Below, one piece after another: positions 1 to 9,778 of a stretch of DNA of 64,000 nt. The stretch spans positions 40,617-104,616 of the forward strand of contig MHBK01000019.1 in assembly GCA_001804865.1 (NCBI GenBank), read 5' to 3'. Source of the stretch: Lentisphaerae bacterium GWF2_57_35 (GTDB lineage: Bacteria > Verrucomicrobiota > Kiritimatiellia > CAIQIC01 > GWF2-57-35). A program made the translations under genes and the position numbers. Positions within the stretch are counted from its first letter, which is position 1, and each line of letters starts with the position of its first letter. The notes below the pieces were generated by a model. It made no database searches. It had not been told where the DNA came from and saw only the letters and a program-made list of their open reading frames with translations.

Positions 1-667
1 CGCGCGACCAGCAGGAGACGCGCACTTCAAGGAAAGTCACGTTGGGATCTTCCAGCACCTTGCAGAGCATTTCCGACTGATAACCGAGGCCGGAGGCCGG
101 CACCCGGTTTTTCAACACGTTTTCCCTGCGATGCATCACGAAGCCATTGAAGTAGTGGAGCCGATGGCCGCTCAAGAACCGCACGAAACTCGCGTAGGTG
201 ATGGACGTCGCCCGCCGCAGAAATCCGCGGTGGTCCGAGTTGAATTTCGTATCGCGAAAACGGCTGTCGATGTAGGGAATGATCACATCGGCCTTGCCCA
301 TCAAGTCGAACATCTTGATCATCGATTCGACCGGCTCGGAATTGTCGCCGAAAAATACGATGAAATACGTCCCGCGGCCTCGCTCCGCCGCGCGGAAGTA
401 ATTGGCGCCCACGCCGCGGTTTTTCCCCTCGGAAACCAGCTCGAACTGGCCTTCCAAATGGTTTTTCTGAATGTACTCGCGGACCAAATCGGCCGAGCGG
501 TCTTTGGACCCGTCATCGAAAACAAGCACTTCATACTTGAAGGAAAATCCGGAGGCGGCTTGGCGAATCGTATCGAGCGTTTTGAGGATGAGCTTTTCTT
601 CGTTGTAACATGGAACATAAACGGTCAAATCCACGTGATCCGACTTGGCTGCAATATCATTCGGCAT
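1..667 (-). CDS. Glycosyltransferase family 2 (3' end runs off the window)
   Basis: Not in ORF track; manual translation from ATG at 667: MPNDIAAKSDHVDLTVYVPCYNEEK...EVLVFDDGSKDRS...KNRGVG, typical GT2 N-terminal motifs. Confidence 0.85.
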   Translation of the reverse strand, partial: MPNDIAAKSDHVDLTVYVPCYNEEKLILKTLDTIRQAASGFSFKYEVLVFDDGSKDRSADLVREYIQKNHLEGQFELVSEGKNRGVGANYFRAAERGRGTYFIVFFGDNSEPVESMIKMFDLMGKADVIIPYIDSRFRDTKFNSDHRGFLRRATSITYASFVRFLSGHRLHYFNGFVMHRRENVLKNRVPASGLGYQSEMLCKVLEDPNVTFLEVRVSCWSR

Positions 668-848
668 AAGCTGTCCCCATAGTTGATTTTCCCCCATCGG
701 GGGAGCTTGAATCAAAACCGGTTACGAGTCTTAGCACACATCCGGAATGTTTTCAACTGCCCTGTCCACAAGTTTTAAGGGACCGGTTGAAAGCTTGACC
801 CTCTGTGTTGCATTCTCTACGGTCGTAAATGAAAGGATTGAATTTTTG

Positions 849-2048
849 ATGTTAACTTGTCGAGCTTGCGCCTCCCATACCGTCGTTGATTTGATCGATT
901 ACGGGCCACAACCGTTGTGCAATCGTTTTCTGGCCGGGCCCAACGGCCCGGAAGCCCGGTTTTCGCTTCACCTGTGCCTCTGCCCTTCGTGCGGAGTCAT
1001 CCAGCTCGCCGAAGTCGCCCCGGCGGACGAACTGCGGCCGCGGCTCGAATGGGTCAAATACAACGAAGCCGAAGGCCATCTGGACGACAAGGTCGAAAAC
1101 ATCCTGCGCATTACGCATTTGGGCACGGACGCCGTCGTGGCCGGCATGAGCTATAAAGATGCCTCGACCGTCCGCCGCTTCGCGGCCAAAGGCTTTTCCA
1201 AAAGCTACGTCATCGATCTGCCCAACGATCTGGGCGTTACCGCCCCCGGCGCCGGTGTGGAATCCGTACAGGCCGCGCTGACCGAAGCCAAGGCGCATGC
1301 GATCGCGAACCGCCGGGGCCGCCCCGATCTCGTCATCGCGCGGCACATCATCGAGCACGCCCACGATATGCCCGGCTTTGCGCGCGCTCTGCGCGCCTTG
1401 GTGAAGCCCGGCGGGTTCGTTGCCTTTGAAGTGCCCGACATGCTCCCATCGCTGGAAAACCGGGACTACAGCACGATCTGGGAAGAACATCCAATCTATT
1501 TTACTCCGCCCACGTACCGGCAAACCTTGGAACGACTAGGCTTCCGCGTGCTGGGCCTTTTGAACTATCCCTACACGATCGAAAATGCCCTCGTCGCGAT
1601 CACCCAAGTCGCCGAACCGCAAATCAGCCCTCTTCCGCCTGAAGCGTTGCAGTTGGAAATCCAACGCTCGCAGGCCTTCGCCGAGGCCTTTCCGGGCCTT
1701 AAAGCCCGCCTGCAGCAGACCCTTCGCAGTTTCCGGCAAAACGAGGGATCGATCGCTGTTTTTGGAGCCAGTCATCTGGCCTGCAAATTCATCAACTTGA
1801 TGGGCATTGCCGAGTCGATCGATTTTGTGGTGGATGACGATCCCAACAAAAATGGCTTTCATATGCCCGGTTCGAGGCTGCCCATTTTGGGTTCGTCGGC
1901 CCTGATCGAGCGGCAGATTCGCTTATGCCTGCTGAGTCTCAATCCGGAAAGCGAAGCGAAAGTCATCGGCAAGCAGCAGAAATATTTGGAAGCAGGCGGA
2001 ACTTTCGCCTCCATTTTTCCGGCCAATCCCAAGCATTTGAAATTCTAG
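849..2048 (+). CDS. NDP-sugar C-methyltransferase-like SAM-dependent methyltransferase
   Basis: N-terminal CRAC...CPSC zinc site, ARHIIEH, IWEEHPIYF, C-terminal FGAS...VVDDDPNKNG..MPGS; ATG 849 preferred over 747. Confidence 0.85.
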   Translation: MLTCRACASHTVVDLIDYGPQPLCNRFLAGPNGPEARFSLHLCLCPSCGVIQLAEVAPADELRPRLEWVKYNEAEGHLDDKVENILRITHLGTDAVVAGMSYKDASTVRRFAAKGFSKSYVIDLPNDLGVTAPGAGVESVQAALTEAKAHAIANRRGRPDLVIARHIIEHAHDMPGFARALRALVKPGGFVAFEVPDMLPSLENRDYSTIWEEHPIYFTPPTYRQTLERLGFRVLGLLNYPYTIENALVAITQVAEPQISPLPPEALQLEIQRSQAFAEAFPGLKARLQQTLRSFRQNEGSIAVFGASHLACKFINLMGIAESIDFVVDDDPNKNGFHMPGSRLPILGSSALIERQIRLCLLSLNPESEAKVIGKQQKYLEAGGTFASIFPANPKHLKF

Positions 2049-2061
2049 AATCAAGGAGAAC

Positions 2062-2577
2062 ATGAATCTACGACAAACCAGTCCCGGCGTATTTGTGACC
2101 GACGAATCGATCGTGTGCCTAAGCGGCGACGTCATCGCCTTTCTTAAAAAGGAAGCCCTCGCCTCTCCCCGAAAACGAGTGCGCGTGTGCGCTCACAAGA
2201 GCAAGGACGACCAGGTGCACGAAATGATCATCGCCCTCGCCAAAGACAGCTATGTCCGCCCGCACGGGCATCTCGCCAAGAGCGAATCGTTTCATGTGAT
2301 GGAAGGGCTCGCGCAAATCGCCTTGTTCGACGATCAGGGAGAGATCACCCATTTCATCCCCCTGGGCGACATTCATTCCGGCCGCTCGTTTTATTACAGG
2401 ATCGCCGATCCCCGTTATCATACCGTGATCGTCGAATCCGATTTTCTGGTCTTCCACGAAACGACCGGGGGCCCCTTCTCTCCCGAACAAACCCGCTATC
2501 CCGATTGGGCGCCCACCGAGGACCGCGCCGACGAAGCGCGCCAGTACATCGCGAAATTGCGGGAGCGCATTCGGTAA
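2062..2577 (+). CDS. WbuC-family cupin-fold metalloprotein
   Basis: SPRKRVRVCAH, YVRPHGH..KSESFHV, YHTV, ETTGGPF; AAGGAG RBS. Confidence 0.85.
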   Translation: MNLRQTSPGVFVTDESIVCLSGDVIAFLKKEALASPRKRVRVCAHKSKDDQVHEMIIALAKDSYVRPHGHLAKSESFHVMEGLAQIALFDDQGEITHFIPLGDIHSGRSFYYRIADPRYHTVIVESDFLVFHETTGGPFSPEQTRYPDWAPTEDRADEARQYIAKLRERIR

Positions 2578-2679
2578 GAGCCCATCAACGGCAAAAACCG
2601 GGGCGAGGTCGCCCCGGTTCCAAAGAAACAACTACCGCAATGGAACCCCATGTCCAGTTTACTGGCATGGGGTGGCTGT

Positions 2680-2896
2680 CGCTTGGCCCTTCGACAAGCC
2701 AGGCCAGGCGCATGGGGTCGGGCCGATTCTGATCGGCCCCAAAACGGGGGCGCGTCAGCTTGGTTCAGTGGCAAGGCGGCGCAGGCCGGGCAGGACTTTT
2801 GTCCGCCCGGCCTGCGCCAACGCCGCCAATGAACCAAGATGGCGCGCCCCCGTTTTGCCCCATGCGCCTGGCCTGCGCTTGTCGAAGGGCCAAGCG
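2680..2896. repeat. Long imperfect inverted repeat (~85-bp stem) between convergent genes
   Basis: Perfectly paired blocks of 20, 18, 14 and 14 bp plus an imperfect 18-bp block; apex GGAC-TTTT-GTCC. Confidence 0.9.
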
Positions 2897-2924
2897 GGAC
2901 TTGCGTTGGAGCGCTAATCCCCCC

Positions 2925-4193
2925 TCACCAAAACGGCGTAGTGTCCTTGTTGACGATGACCACCTGAGGGAAGCAGGTAATAAACTGTCCGCCTTGCTCC
3001 AGGTAGGCCTGATTACTGCGAATGATGGGCTTGGTGTGCACCCAGGCCAGCAGAAAGGCGTAGTCCGGCTTCTGCTCGTACAAGGCTTTTGTCGGCAGGA
3101 CCGGGATGTGATAGCCGGGGCTGTACAGGTTCTGCTTATCCGGGCTGTCGTCCACGATGAACTTAAGGATTTCGCCCATGTTGAAGTGATAAATTAGCAA
3201 TGTCCCGCCCCGCGCAGCGCCAAAGCCGGCAATCGTTTTACCCTGCTGGTGCAGTTTATGGAGCACGCCGCTGATTTCCGAGCGCATGCTTTCCAGCTCG
3301 CGAGAAAAGGCTTTCAACGTGACGGGGCTGCATAAATTGCGCTGCTTTTCGTAGCTCAGCATGTCGCCCACGGAAGGCGAAACTGCGCGCTTGCCGCCGG
3401 CTTTTTGGGCGGTGCAAATCAACGAGCCGCCTTGGATGGACACGCGCTCGACATCGATCAGCTCCATCCCATGCGCCTGCATGAATTTCTGGAGCGGCGT
3501 GACGGAGTGATAACAAACATGCTCGTGAAAAATAGAGCCCAACAGCATCTTGTCCATCACATCAGCCAGATACGACACTTCAAAAACAAAAATTCCATCC
3601 GGCGCCAACAACTCGCGGATGCTCTCCAGCATGCCGGCCATGTCGTCCGTGTGGGCAAAGACATTGTTTGCCGAAACCATCTGGGCGCCGCCCCGCTCGC
3701 CGCAAATCTTCGCCGCCAAATCCTTGGTGAGAAATTCCGGCAGGGTCTCGATGCCCGCGGCGTTCGCGTGGCGCGCGATATTTTCCGCCGGGTCGATGCC
3801 CAGAACTTTCATCCCGAAATTTTTGAAGAACTTAAGAAAAGTCCCGTCATTGCTGCCGATGTCGATAGCCAGGCGGCCCTGGTCCAATCCGTTTTTGCGG
3901 ATCACGCCTTCTGCATACTCTTGGAAATGCTTCACCAGTCCAGGGGAATTGCCGCTGAAATAGGAATAGTTGGAGCAAAAAAGAACCTTCGGGCTCACCA
4001 CGTCGAGCAATTGCACATGCCCGCACGACAAGCACTGATACATATCCAACGGATAGCATTCCTGCTTTTCGTTCAGCTTTTCGCGCGTCACAAAGGCGTC
4101 CGCCACCGGCGTCGCCGCGATCGGCACGACCAATTCCAAGGCTGAATGGTTGCAAAGACGACAGGTTGTTCGATGCTTCACGTTGTTTGACAT
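2925..4193 (-). CDS. NDP-sugar C-methyltransferase-like SAM-dependent methyltransferase (second copy)
   Basis: CRLC...CLSCGHVQL, DIGSNDG, ANNVFAH, IFHEHVCY, GFGAARGG, VDDSPDKQ. Confidence 0.9.
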   Translation of the reverse strand: MSNNVKHRTTCRLCNHSALELVVPIAATPVADAFVTREKLNEKQECYPLDMYQCLSCGHVQLLDVVSPKVLFCSNYSYFSGNSPGLVKHFQEYAEGVIRKNGLDQGRLAIDIGSNDGTFLKFFKNFGMKVLGIDPAENIARHANAAGIETLPEFLTKDLAAKICGERGGAQMVSANNVFAHTDDMAGMLESIRELLAPDGIFVFEVSYLADVMDKMLLGSIFHEHVCYHSVTPLQKFMQAHGMELIDVERVSIQGGSLICTAQKAGGKRAVSPSVGDMLSYEKQRNLCSPVTLKAFSRELESMRSEISGVLHKLHQQGKTIAGFGAARGGTLLIYHFNMGEILKFIVDDSPDKQNLYSPGYHIPVLPTKALYEQKPDYAFLLAWVHTKPIIRSNQAYLEQGGQFITCFPQVVIVNKDTTPFW

Positions 4194-4315
4194 AACCAAA
4201 TCCCATCCGTTGATTTATAGTTTTATTTTCCGTGCGTCACGGTATCGTGGGGATGCCTTGGCATTCAAGGTCTTTTTTGGACGTTGTCGGACAAGCACAA
4301 AAACCGCGTCCAAAC

Positions 4316-5239
4316 TCACCGAAGCTGGCTTCGCTGAAACGTATTGCCGCTACGCGCGCGTTCGCTGCCCGGCAACTCGTCGACGCGAATACCGTCGATG
4401 GCCTGCATTTCCTGCGCCGTCAACCGGAGATCGGCTGCGGCCAGGGCATCCAGCGCATTTTCCAGGCGGCTTGAGCCCGGAATGGGAACCACGCACTTCG
4501 ATTTGGCCATCAGCCAGGCCAGCAACAACCGGTGCGGGCTGACGCCCCGCTCGCGGACCAGGTTTTCCAGCGGCTTGATCTCGCCCAACCGTTGCGCCAA
4601 GCCTTTCCCGCCCATCGGCCGCCAGGGCAGAAAAACCAAATCCTGCTGCTCGCAGTATTCCAGCACCCCATTGGTCTCGGGATCGCGGCGCCAAAGATTG
4701 TATTCGTTCTGCACGGAAACGATCTCGACGAGTTCCTGCGCCTCCCGGATTTGCGCGATCGAATAGTTCGAGACGCCGACGTGAAGAATCATTTTCTCGT
4801 CCACGGCGCGGCGTACCGGGCGCATGGATTCGGCGACGGAATACTCGGTGGACGGCCAATGATGCTGCCACAAGGGAATCGGGCCGCCCAGGGTTTCGCA
4901 GCTTTCGCAGATGGTCCGATACAGCGCTTCGGGCGTCCCCGCCAGCTTCCAGCGGCCGTCTATTTTGACGGCCCCGCCTTTGGTGGCGATGCAGATGCGG
5001 GAGCGATCGCCCGAATACGCGGCCAAGGCCCGCACAATCAGGCGTTCGTTGTGATGCTGGTCGTTCTCGTCGATGCAGTAGCAATCCGCCGTATCGACCA
5101 GCGAGGCGCCTTGGGACCAGACGGCGTGCAGCAATTGAAAAGCCGTTTCTTCGGGCATCGCCTGCAACGACAACGACATGGCGCCATACCCGATGACGCC
5201 GATCTCGATGTCCGTTTTGCCGAGTTTGCGTGTCCGCAT
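4316..5239 (-). CDS. Aldo/keto reductase
   Basis: IGYGAM, DTADCY, IATKGG, GVSNY, VQNEYNL, PIPGSSR. Confidence 0.9.
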   Translation of the reverse strand: MRTRKLGKTDIEIGVIGYGAMSLSLQAMPEETAFQLLHAVWSQGASLVDTADCYCIDENDQHHNERLIVRALAAYSGDRSRICIATKGGAVKIDGRWKLAGTPEALYRTICESCETLGGPIPLWQHHWPSTEYSVAESMRPVRRAVDEKMILHVGVSNYSIAQIREAQELVEIVSVQNEYNLWRRDPETNGVLEYCEQQDLVFLPWRPMGGKGLAQRLGEIKPLENLVRERGVSPHRLLLAWLMAKSKCVVPIPGSSRLENALDALAAADLRLTAQEMQAIDGIRVDELPGSERARSGNTFQRSQLR

Positions 5240-5276
5240 GGGATGCTTCTTCCGACCGGGGCTTTCGCTTGCAGGC

Positions 5277-6311
5277 TTACATGTGAATCAGGCAGCGCCC
5301 GGCCACTTCGCCCGACTGCATGTCCTGAATCGCCTGGTTGATTTCTTCGAGGCGATAGCGCTTGCCCACCAGCTCCTTCAAACGAAGCTTGCCGGTCTTG
5401 CACAGATTGACATAGCGCGGAATATCGTGGTCCGGATGCGATTCGCCGCCGTGCGAGCCGGTCAATTCCTTCTCGAAATGCAGCGGCAGGGTGTAAATCG
5501 TCGCTTCCGACCCCTTCGGCGGCACGCCGACCAGAACGGTCCGGCCCGAGCCGGACGTCAACCGGTAAGCCAGCTCAATCACCTTCACATTGCCGGTGTT
5601 GTCCACCGCCACATCCGCGCCATCCTTGCCGACCAAGGCCCGAACGGCCTCCTCGGCATTGACGTTGCGTGAATTGATCAGGTGCGTCGCGCCCAGGCTC
5701 TTCGCCAATTCCAAGCGATTGTCGTAGAAATCCACGGCAATAATCGGATTTCCCGAAACCATGGCCGCCGCCTGGATGATGTTCAGGCCGATGCCCCCGG
5801 CGCCGAATACGACGATCGATTCGCCGATCTTCAATTGCGCGTTGTTGTTGATTACGCCGAAGCCGGTAGTAACCGCGCAGCCCATCAGGGCCCCGACTTC
5901 CGGATCGAAATCCGCGGGGACTTTCGTCATGCGATTCTCGGCGATCACTGCAAATTCGTTGAACGTCGTCACCCAGCCGGCATTGATCGTACCGAGTTTT
6001 GAAGCATACTTCGCCGGAACGCACGGCATGCCGGCGCCGGGCCGCCAATGCAAGACCACCCGGTCGCCCGGGGCCACAGTGCGCACCCCTTCCCCGCATT
6101 CCTTCACCACGCCCAGGCCTTCATGCCCGAGCAAGTGCGGCAGATAATTGTCCGGACCTTTCGCCCCGTTGATCTCGCCGATCTGCGAGCCGCAGAGACC
6201 GCTGCAAACGATCTGAACCAACACCTGCCCGAACTTCAAGGCGGGGATTTCGATTTCCTCGATCACGAGGGGTTTCTTCAATTCAACCAAGATGGCCGCG
6301 CGACATTTCAT
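5277..6311 (-). CDS. Zinc-binding alcohol dehydrogenase (MDR family)
   Basis: GLCGS, LGHEG, MGCAVTTG, GAGGIG. Confidence 0.9.
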   Translation of the reverse strand: MKCRAAILVELKKPLVIEEIEIPALKFGQVLVQIVCSGLCGSQIGEINGAKGPDNYLPHLLGHEGLGVVKECGEGVRTVAPGDRVVLHWRPGAGMPCVPAKYASKLGTINAGWVTTFNEFAVIAENRMTKVPADFDPEVGALMGCAVTTGFGVINNNAQLKIGESIVVFGAGGIGLNIIQAAAMVSGNPIIAVDFYDNRLELAKSLGATHLINSRNVNAEEAVRALVGKDGADVAVDNTGNVKVIELAYRLTSGSGRTVLVGVPPKGSEATIYTLPLHFEKELTGSHGGESHPDHDIPRYVNLCKTGKLRLKELVGKRYRLEEINQAIQDMQSGEVAGRCLIHM

Positions 6312-6324
6312 GCCGGTCGCTCCT

Positions 6325-6987
6325 TTATTCGAAGTAGATGAACGAATGATCGCCGGTGTAACCGGTCTGCTTGAACCACCATTCCCATTCCTGGGGGGTG
6401 CAGAACATTTCGCAGGTGAACTGCCAGTACATCAGGTTCACCTTTTCCTCTTCGTTCCGGTACGCCTCGACGCAGACGTACTTGTTCTTGCGTCCGACGC
6501 GCTCGATTTCCTTTAGGGCTTCATAGCAATCGAAGCAATAAAGGTTGTGGATCGTGTTGAGCGAAATCACGAGGTCGAAGCTCTTGTCCGCGAAAGGCAG
6601 CTTGTTGGCATTGGCGACCTGGACGCGATCCTTGATCTCGTCCTTCGCGTGCTCGATGGCGTACGTCGAAATGTCGATGCCCGTTACCTCGACGCCGGGA
6701 ACAATCTGCGTGAAATCGTAAATCAGGAAGCCCTTGCCGCAGCCCACGTCGAGGATCTTGTCGCCCGGCTTGATGCCGTAATGATCGACCATCGCCTGAG
6801 CCACCTTGCGCCAACGGCCATCATACTTGTAACCGCCGTACCCCGTCGTCCGGTCGCCATCCCAATACTCGACATCGAACTTCTTCGCGATCTTGGCCAC
6901 TTCCGCTTTGGGCCGTTCCAATACGCGGGCAATGTAATCGCGCTTGGTGCTTTTATGAACGCTTGTTAAAAAATCGACGTAAGACAT
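6325..6987 (-). CDS. Class I SAM-dependent methyltransferase
   Basis: ILDVGCGKG, GIDIS, LPFADKSFDLVIS. Confidence 0.9.
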   Translation of the reverse strand: MSYVDFLTSVHKSTKRDYIARVLERPKAEVAKIAKKFDVEYWDGDRTTGYGGYKYDGRWRKVAQAMVDHYGIKPGDKILDVGCGKGFLIYDFTQIVPGVEVTGIDISTYAIEHAKDEIKDRVQVANANKLPFADKSFDLVISLNTIHNLYCFDCYEALKEIERVGRKNKYVCVEAYRNEEEKVNLMYWQFTCEMFCTPQEWEWWFKQTGYTGDHSFIYFE

Positions 6988-7014
6988 GTTCGCTCCTTAT
7001 GTTTCCTGATCTTC

Positions 7015-7043
7015 GTAGGGGCGTCGGCAAGCGACGCCCCTAC
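7015..7043. repeat. REP-like palindrome GTAGGGGCGTCG-GCAAG-CGACGCCCCTAC
   Basis: 12-bp arms with GTAG ends; related copy at 62600-62624. Confidence 0.75.
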
Positions 7044-7963
7044 TTATGAAATTGTTCCTTGATGCGCTCCGCAATCGCTTCGGCGGAAAGCCCGGCTTTT
7101 TTGCGCGCATACTTCTGATTGCCGGCCTCGTGGATGAATCGGTCGGGAATTCCAAACCGCACCAACCGGGCCGGGAACGGGCCTTGATCGGCCGCCCATT
7201 CCGCCACAGCGCTCCCAAACCCGCCGATCAAACTGTGCTCCTCGATCGTCGCGACCAGCTTGGTTCCGCCGAACACCTGCTGCAAGCGTTCCTGATCCAG
7301 CGGCTTGACCGTATGGAAATTCAGTACGCCCGCCGAAATGCCGGCGGCCTGAAGCAACTCCGCAGCCGCCAAAACGTTGGGCAGGATATTCCCGGTGGAC
7401 AGGAGGGCCACATCCGTCCCTTCCCGCATGACCAGGGCGCGGCCAATCTCAAACTCGGGGACATCGGCGTGCAGGGGCGGCTCGCCCTTTTTGCCGAGCC
7501 GCAGATAAACGGGTCCATTCAGTTTCAGCGCCGCGCGCAGGGCGGCCCGCACTTCCCACGGATCGGCCGGGCACAGGATCGTCAAGCCCGGCAGGGCGCG
7601 CAGGCTGGCGATATCCTCGAAGGAGTGATGCGTCGGCCCCAGCGAGGCGTAAGACAAGCCGGCCCCCACCCCCGTGATAATGACCGGCGCCTTATGATAG
7701 CAAACATCCAGTTTAATTTGCTCGTAGCATCGCGAAGTGACGAAAGTCGTGATCGTATACGTCACGGGCCGCAGGCCCGAAAGCCCCATGCCCGCGCCCA
7801 CTCCGATCATGTTGGCTTCCGCCACGCCGCAGTTCAGGAATCGATCCGGATGATGCTCCTTGAAGGTGTTGAACAGCCGGTTGCCGATGTCGCCCGACAG
7901 GAGCACCACGCGGGGATCGGCGTCGGCCAGCTTGGTTATCTCGTCTGCAAAAGCGTTTCTCAT
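7040..7963 (-). CDS. Transketolase C-terminal subunit
   Basis: NCGVAEANM, LGPTHHSFED, TVKPLD, IEEHSLIGGFGS. Confidence 0.92.
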   Translation of the reverse strand: MRNAFADEITKLADADPRVVLLSGDIGNRLFNTFKEHHPDRFLNCGVAEANMIGVGAGMGLSGLRPVTYTITTFVTSRCYEQIKLDVCYHKAPVIITGVGAGLSYASLGPTHHSFEDIASLRALPGLTILCPADPWEVRAALRAALKLNGPVYLRLGKKGEPPLHADVPEFEIGRALVMREGTDVALLSTGNILPNVLAAAELLQAAGISAGVLNFHTVKPLDQERLQQVFGGTKLVATIEEHSLIGGFGSAVAEWAADQGPFPARLVRFGIPDRFIHEAGNQKYARKKAGLSAEAIAERIKEQFHK

Positions 7964-8775
7964 ATCAAACCCAATTCCACCAGCGCGCGGTGAAGTTCAT
8001 CTTCGTTTGGCGTTTTGTAGTGCCAGTTGTTGTCGTCTTCCATGAAAGACACGCCCTTCCCCTTGACCGTGTTCGCGACGATCGCGCGGGGACGGCCGTC
8101 GGGATTGGGCGGACGGCTCATCAGTTCGGCCAGGACCGCCAGATCGTGGCCATCCACTTCGTGGGCCTCCCAGCCGAACGTCGACCATTTGTCCCGCAAC
8201 GGAGCCAGCCCCAGCACCTCGTTGCTGCGGCCGGTCGCCTGCCATTTGTTGTAGTCCACCACGATGGTCATGTTGGACAATTTATTGGCCGCGCCGAACA
8301 GCGCCGCTTCCCAGACCGAGCCTTCGTTGCACTCGCCGTCGCTCAACACAGCCAAGACGCGGTAATCCTGTTTTTGAATCCGGGCCGCGAGCGCCATGCC
8401 CAGTCCGATGCAGATTCCGTGGCCGAGCGAACCGGTGGCCGCTTCCACGCCCGGGGCGCAAATCGGGCCGGGATGTTCCTGCAGCGAGCAGCCTTCGACG
8501 TTGTATTCTTTTAGTTTGTCCTCCGGGAAAAAGCCCCGGTAAGCCAGCACGGTGTAGAGCGTCGTGGCCGCATGTCCCTTGCTCAGGATGAAGCGGTCGC
8601 GGTTGGGATCGGCCGGCCGGGCCGGATCGATCCGAAGGACTTCCCAATACGCCGCCACGAGGATGTCCACGCACGACAGGGATGAGCCCAAATGCGGCGT
8701 CTTGGCCCGGTGCGAAAGTTCGACGACTTTCCCCCGGACGCGCGCCGCGGTTTTCTTAAGTTCTTCAATATTCAT
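7960..8775 (-). CDS. Transketolase N-terminal subunit (TPP-binding)
   Basis: HLGSSLS, DRFILSKGH, TGSLGHG, SDGECNEG, TVKGKG; 4-bp overlap with partner. Confidence 0.93.
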   Translation of the reverse strand: MNIEELKKTAARVRGKVVELSHRAKTPHLGSSLSCVDILVAAYWEVLRIDPARPADPNRDRFILSKGHAATTLYTVLAYRGFFPEDKLKEYNVEGCSLQEHPGPICAPGVEAATGSLGHGICIGLGMALAARIQKQDYRVLAVLSDGECNEGSVWEAALFGAANKLSNMTIVVDYNKWQATGRSNEVLGLAPLRDKWSTFGWEAHEVDGHDLAVLAELMSRPPNPDGRPRAIVANTVKGKGVSFMEDDNNWHYKTPNEDELHRALVELGLI

Positions 8776-8778
8776 GGT

Positions 8779-9771
8779 TCAGGGCTTGTGAATGTAATCC
8801 CGCGGTTGCCGCCGGATTTCATCCCAATTCTTCCGCATCCAATCGACGTTGTCGGAAATGATGGTTTCCAGGGACACGACCGGCTCCCAGCCGAGTTGCT
8901 TCCGGGCCTTCGCATAATCCAATAAATACGCGGCGTCCAGCCCCAGACGGCCTTCGGCCACTTCGACGTGCTTATCGAACGATTCGCCCATGACGTCGCA
9001 AATCATTTGCACCAGGTCGCGAATCGAAATCCGCCGGTCGGTGGACAGGTGGAAAATTTCGCCGGCCTGGCCGGCGCGGGCGGCTTGCAGGGTGCCGGAG
9101 GAGACATCCTTCATGTGAATGAAGGACCGCACCGACACGCCCCCGCCTTGCAGCTTCAGCTTCTCGCCGGCCATGATGCAGAAGATGGTGCGGGGAATGA
9201 TGCGATACAACTGCTGTCCGGGTCCGCAGACATTGGCCGCGCGCGTGAACACCACGGGAAAACCGTAGGCCTTCACGAACGTCATCAGGCTCATGTCGCA
9301 GGCAGCCTTCGAGGCCGCGTACGGCGTACTCGGATTGTACGGCGTATCCTCGCCCACCAATCCGCTGGTATTTCCATAAACCTCGGGCGTGGAAATCTGG
9401 ACGTATTTCTTAATGAAATCGCACTTGCGCAGGCGGTCGTGCAATTTCACCATCGAAACCACGTTGGTCATGTACCAGTGTTCCGGATGCTGCCAGCTTT
9501 GCGGCACCATGCTTTGCGCCGCGAAGTTCACCACGTAATCCGGCTTGAACGAGTTGACCAGTTCCATGGTTTCATCGAGGTGGATGTTCAGGTCCAACTG
9601 ATGAAACGTGAACCGGTCGTGGGGAACCCATTTGTAAGGAAGGAACACGTCCGACGGCTCGGGCGAGCGGCTCGTGCCGACGACCTCCGCCCCGTCCTGA
9701 AGCGCATAGCCCACAAACGAAGCGCCGGAAAACGAGTTGCTCCCGATCACGAGGATTTTTTCGCGGCTCAT
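8779..9771 (-). CDS. NDP-sugar 4,6-dehydratase-like SDR
   Basis: GSNSFSG, NFAAQS, ISTPEVYG, PYAASK, RSFIH. Confidence 0.88.
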   Translation of the reverse strand: MSREKILVIGSNSFSGASFVGYALQDGAEVVGTSRSPEPSDVFLPYKWVPHDRFTFHQLDLNIHLDETMELVNSFKPDYVVNFAAQSMVPQSWQHPEHWYMTNVVSMVKLHDRLRKCDFIKKYVQISTPEVYGNTSGLVGEDTPYNPSTPYAASKAACDMSLMTFVKAYGFPVVFTRAANVCGPGQQLYRIIPRTIFCIMAGEKLKLQGGGVSVRSFIHMKDVSSGTLQAARAGQAGEIFHLSTDRRISIRDLVQMICDVMGESFDKHVEVAEGRLGLDAAYLLDYAKARKQLGWEPVVSLETIISDNVDWMRKNWDEIRRQPRDYIHKP

Positions 9772-9778
9772 AAGCTCC

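Noticed and set aside
131-682. 183-aa plus-strand ORF and other long antisense ORFs (e.g. 9737-11008, 34112-35563, 47554-49143, 60014-61666)
   Set aside because: Shadows of well-supported opposite-strand genes in GC-rich DNA; no recognisable motifs
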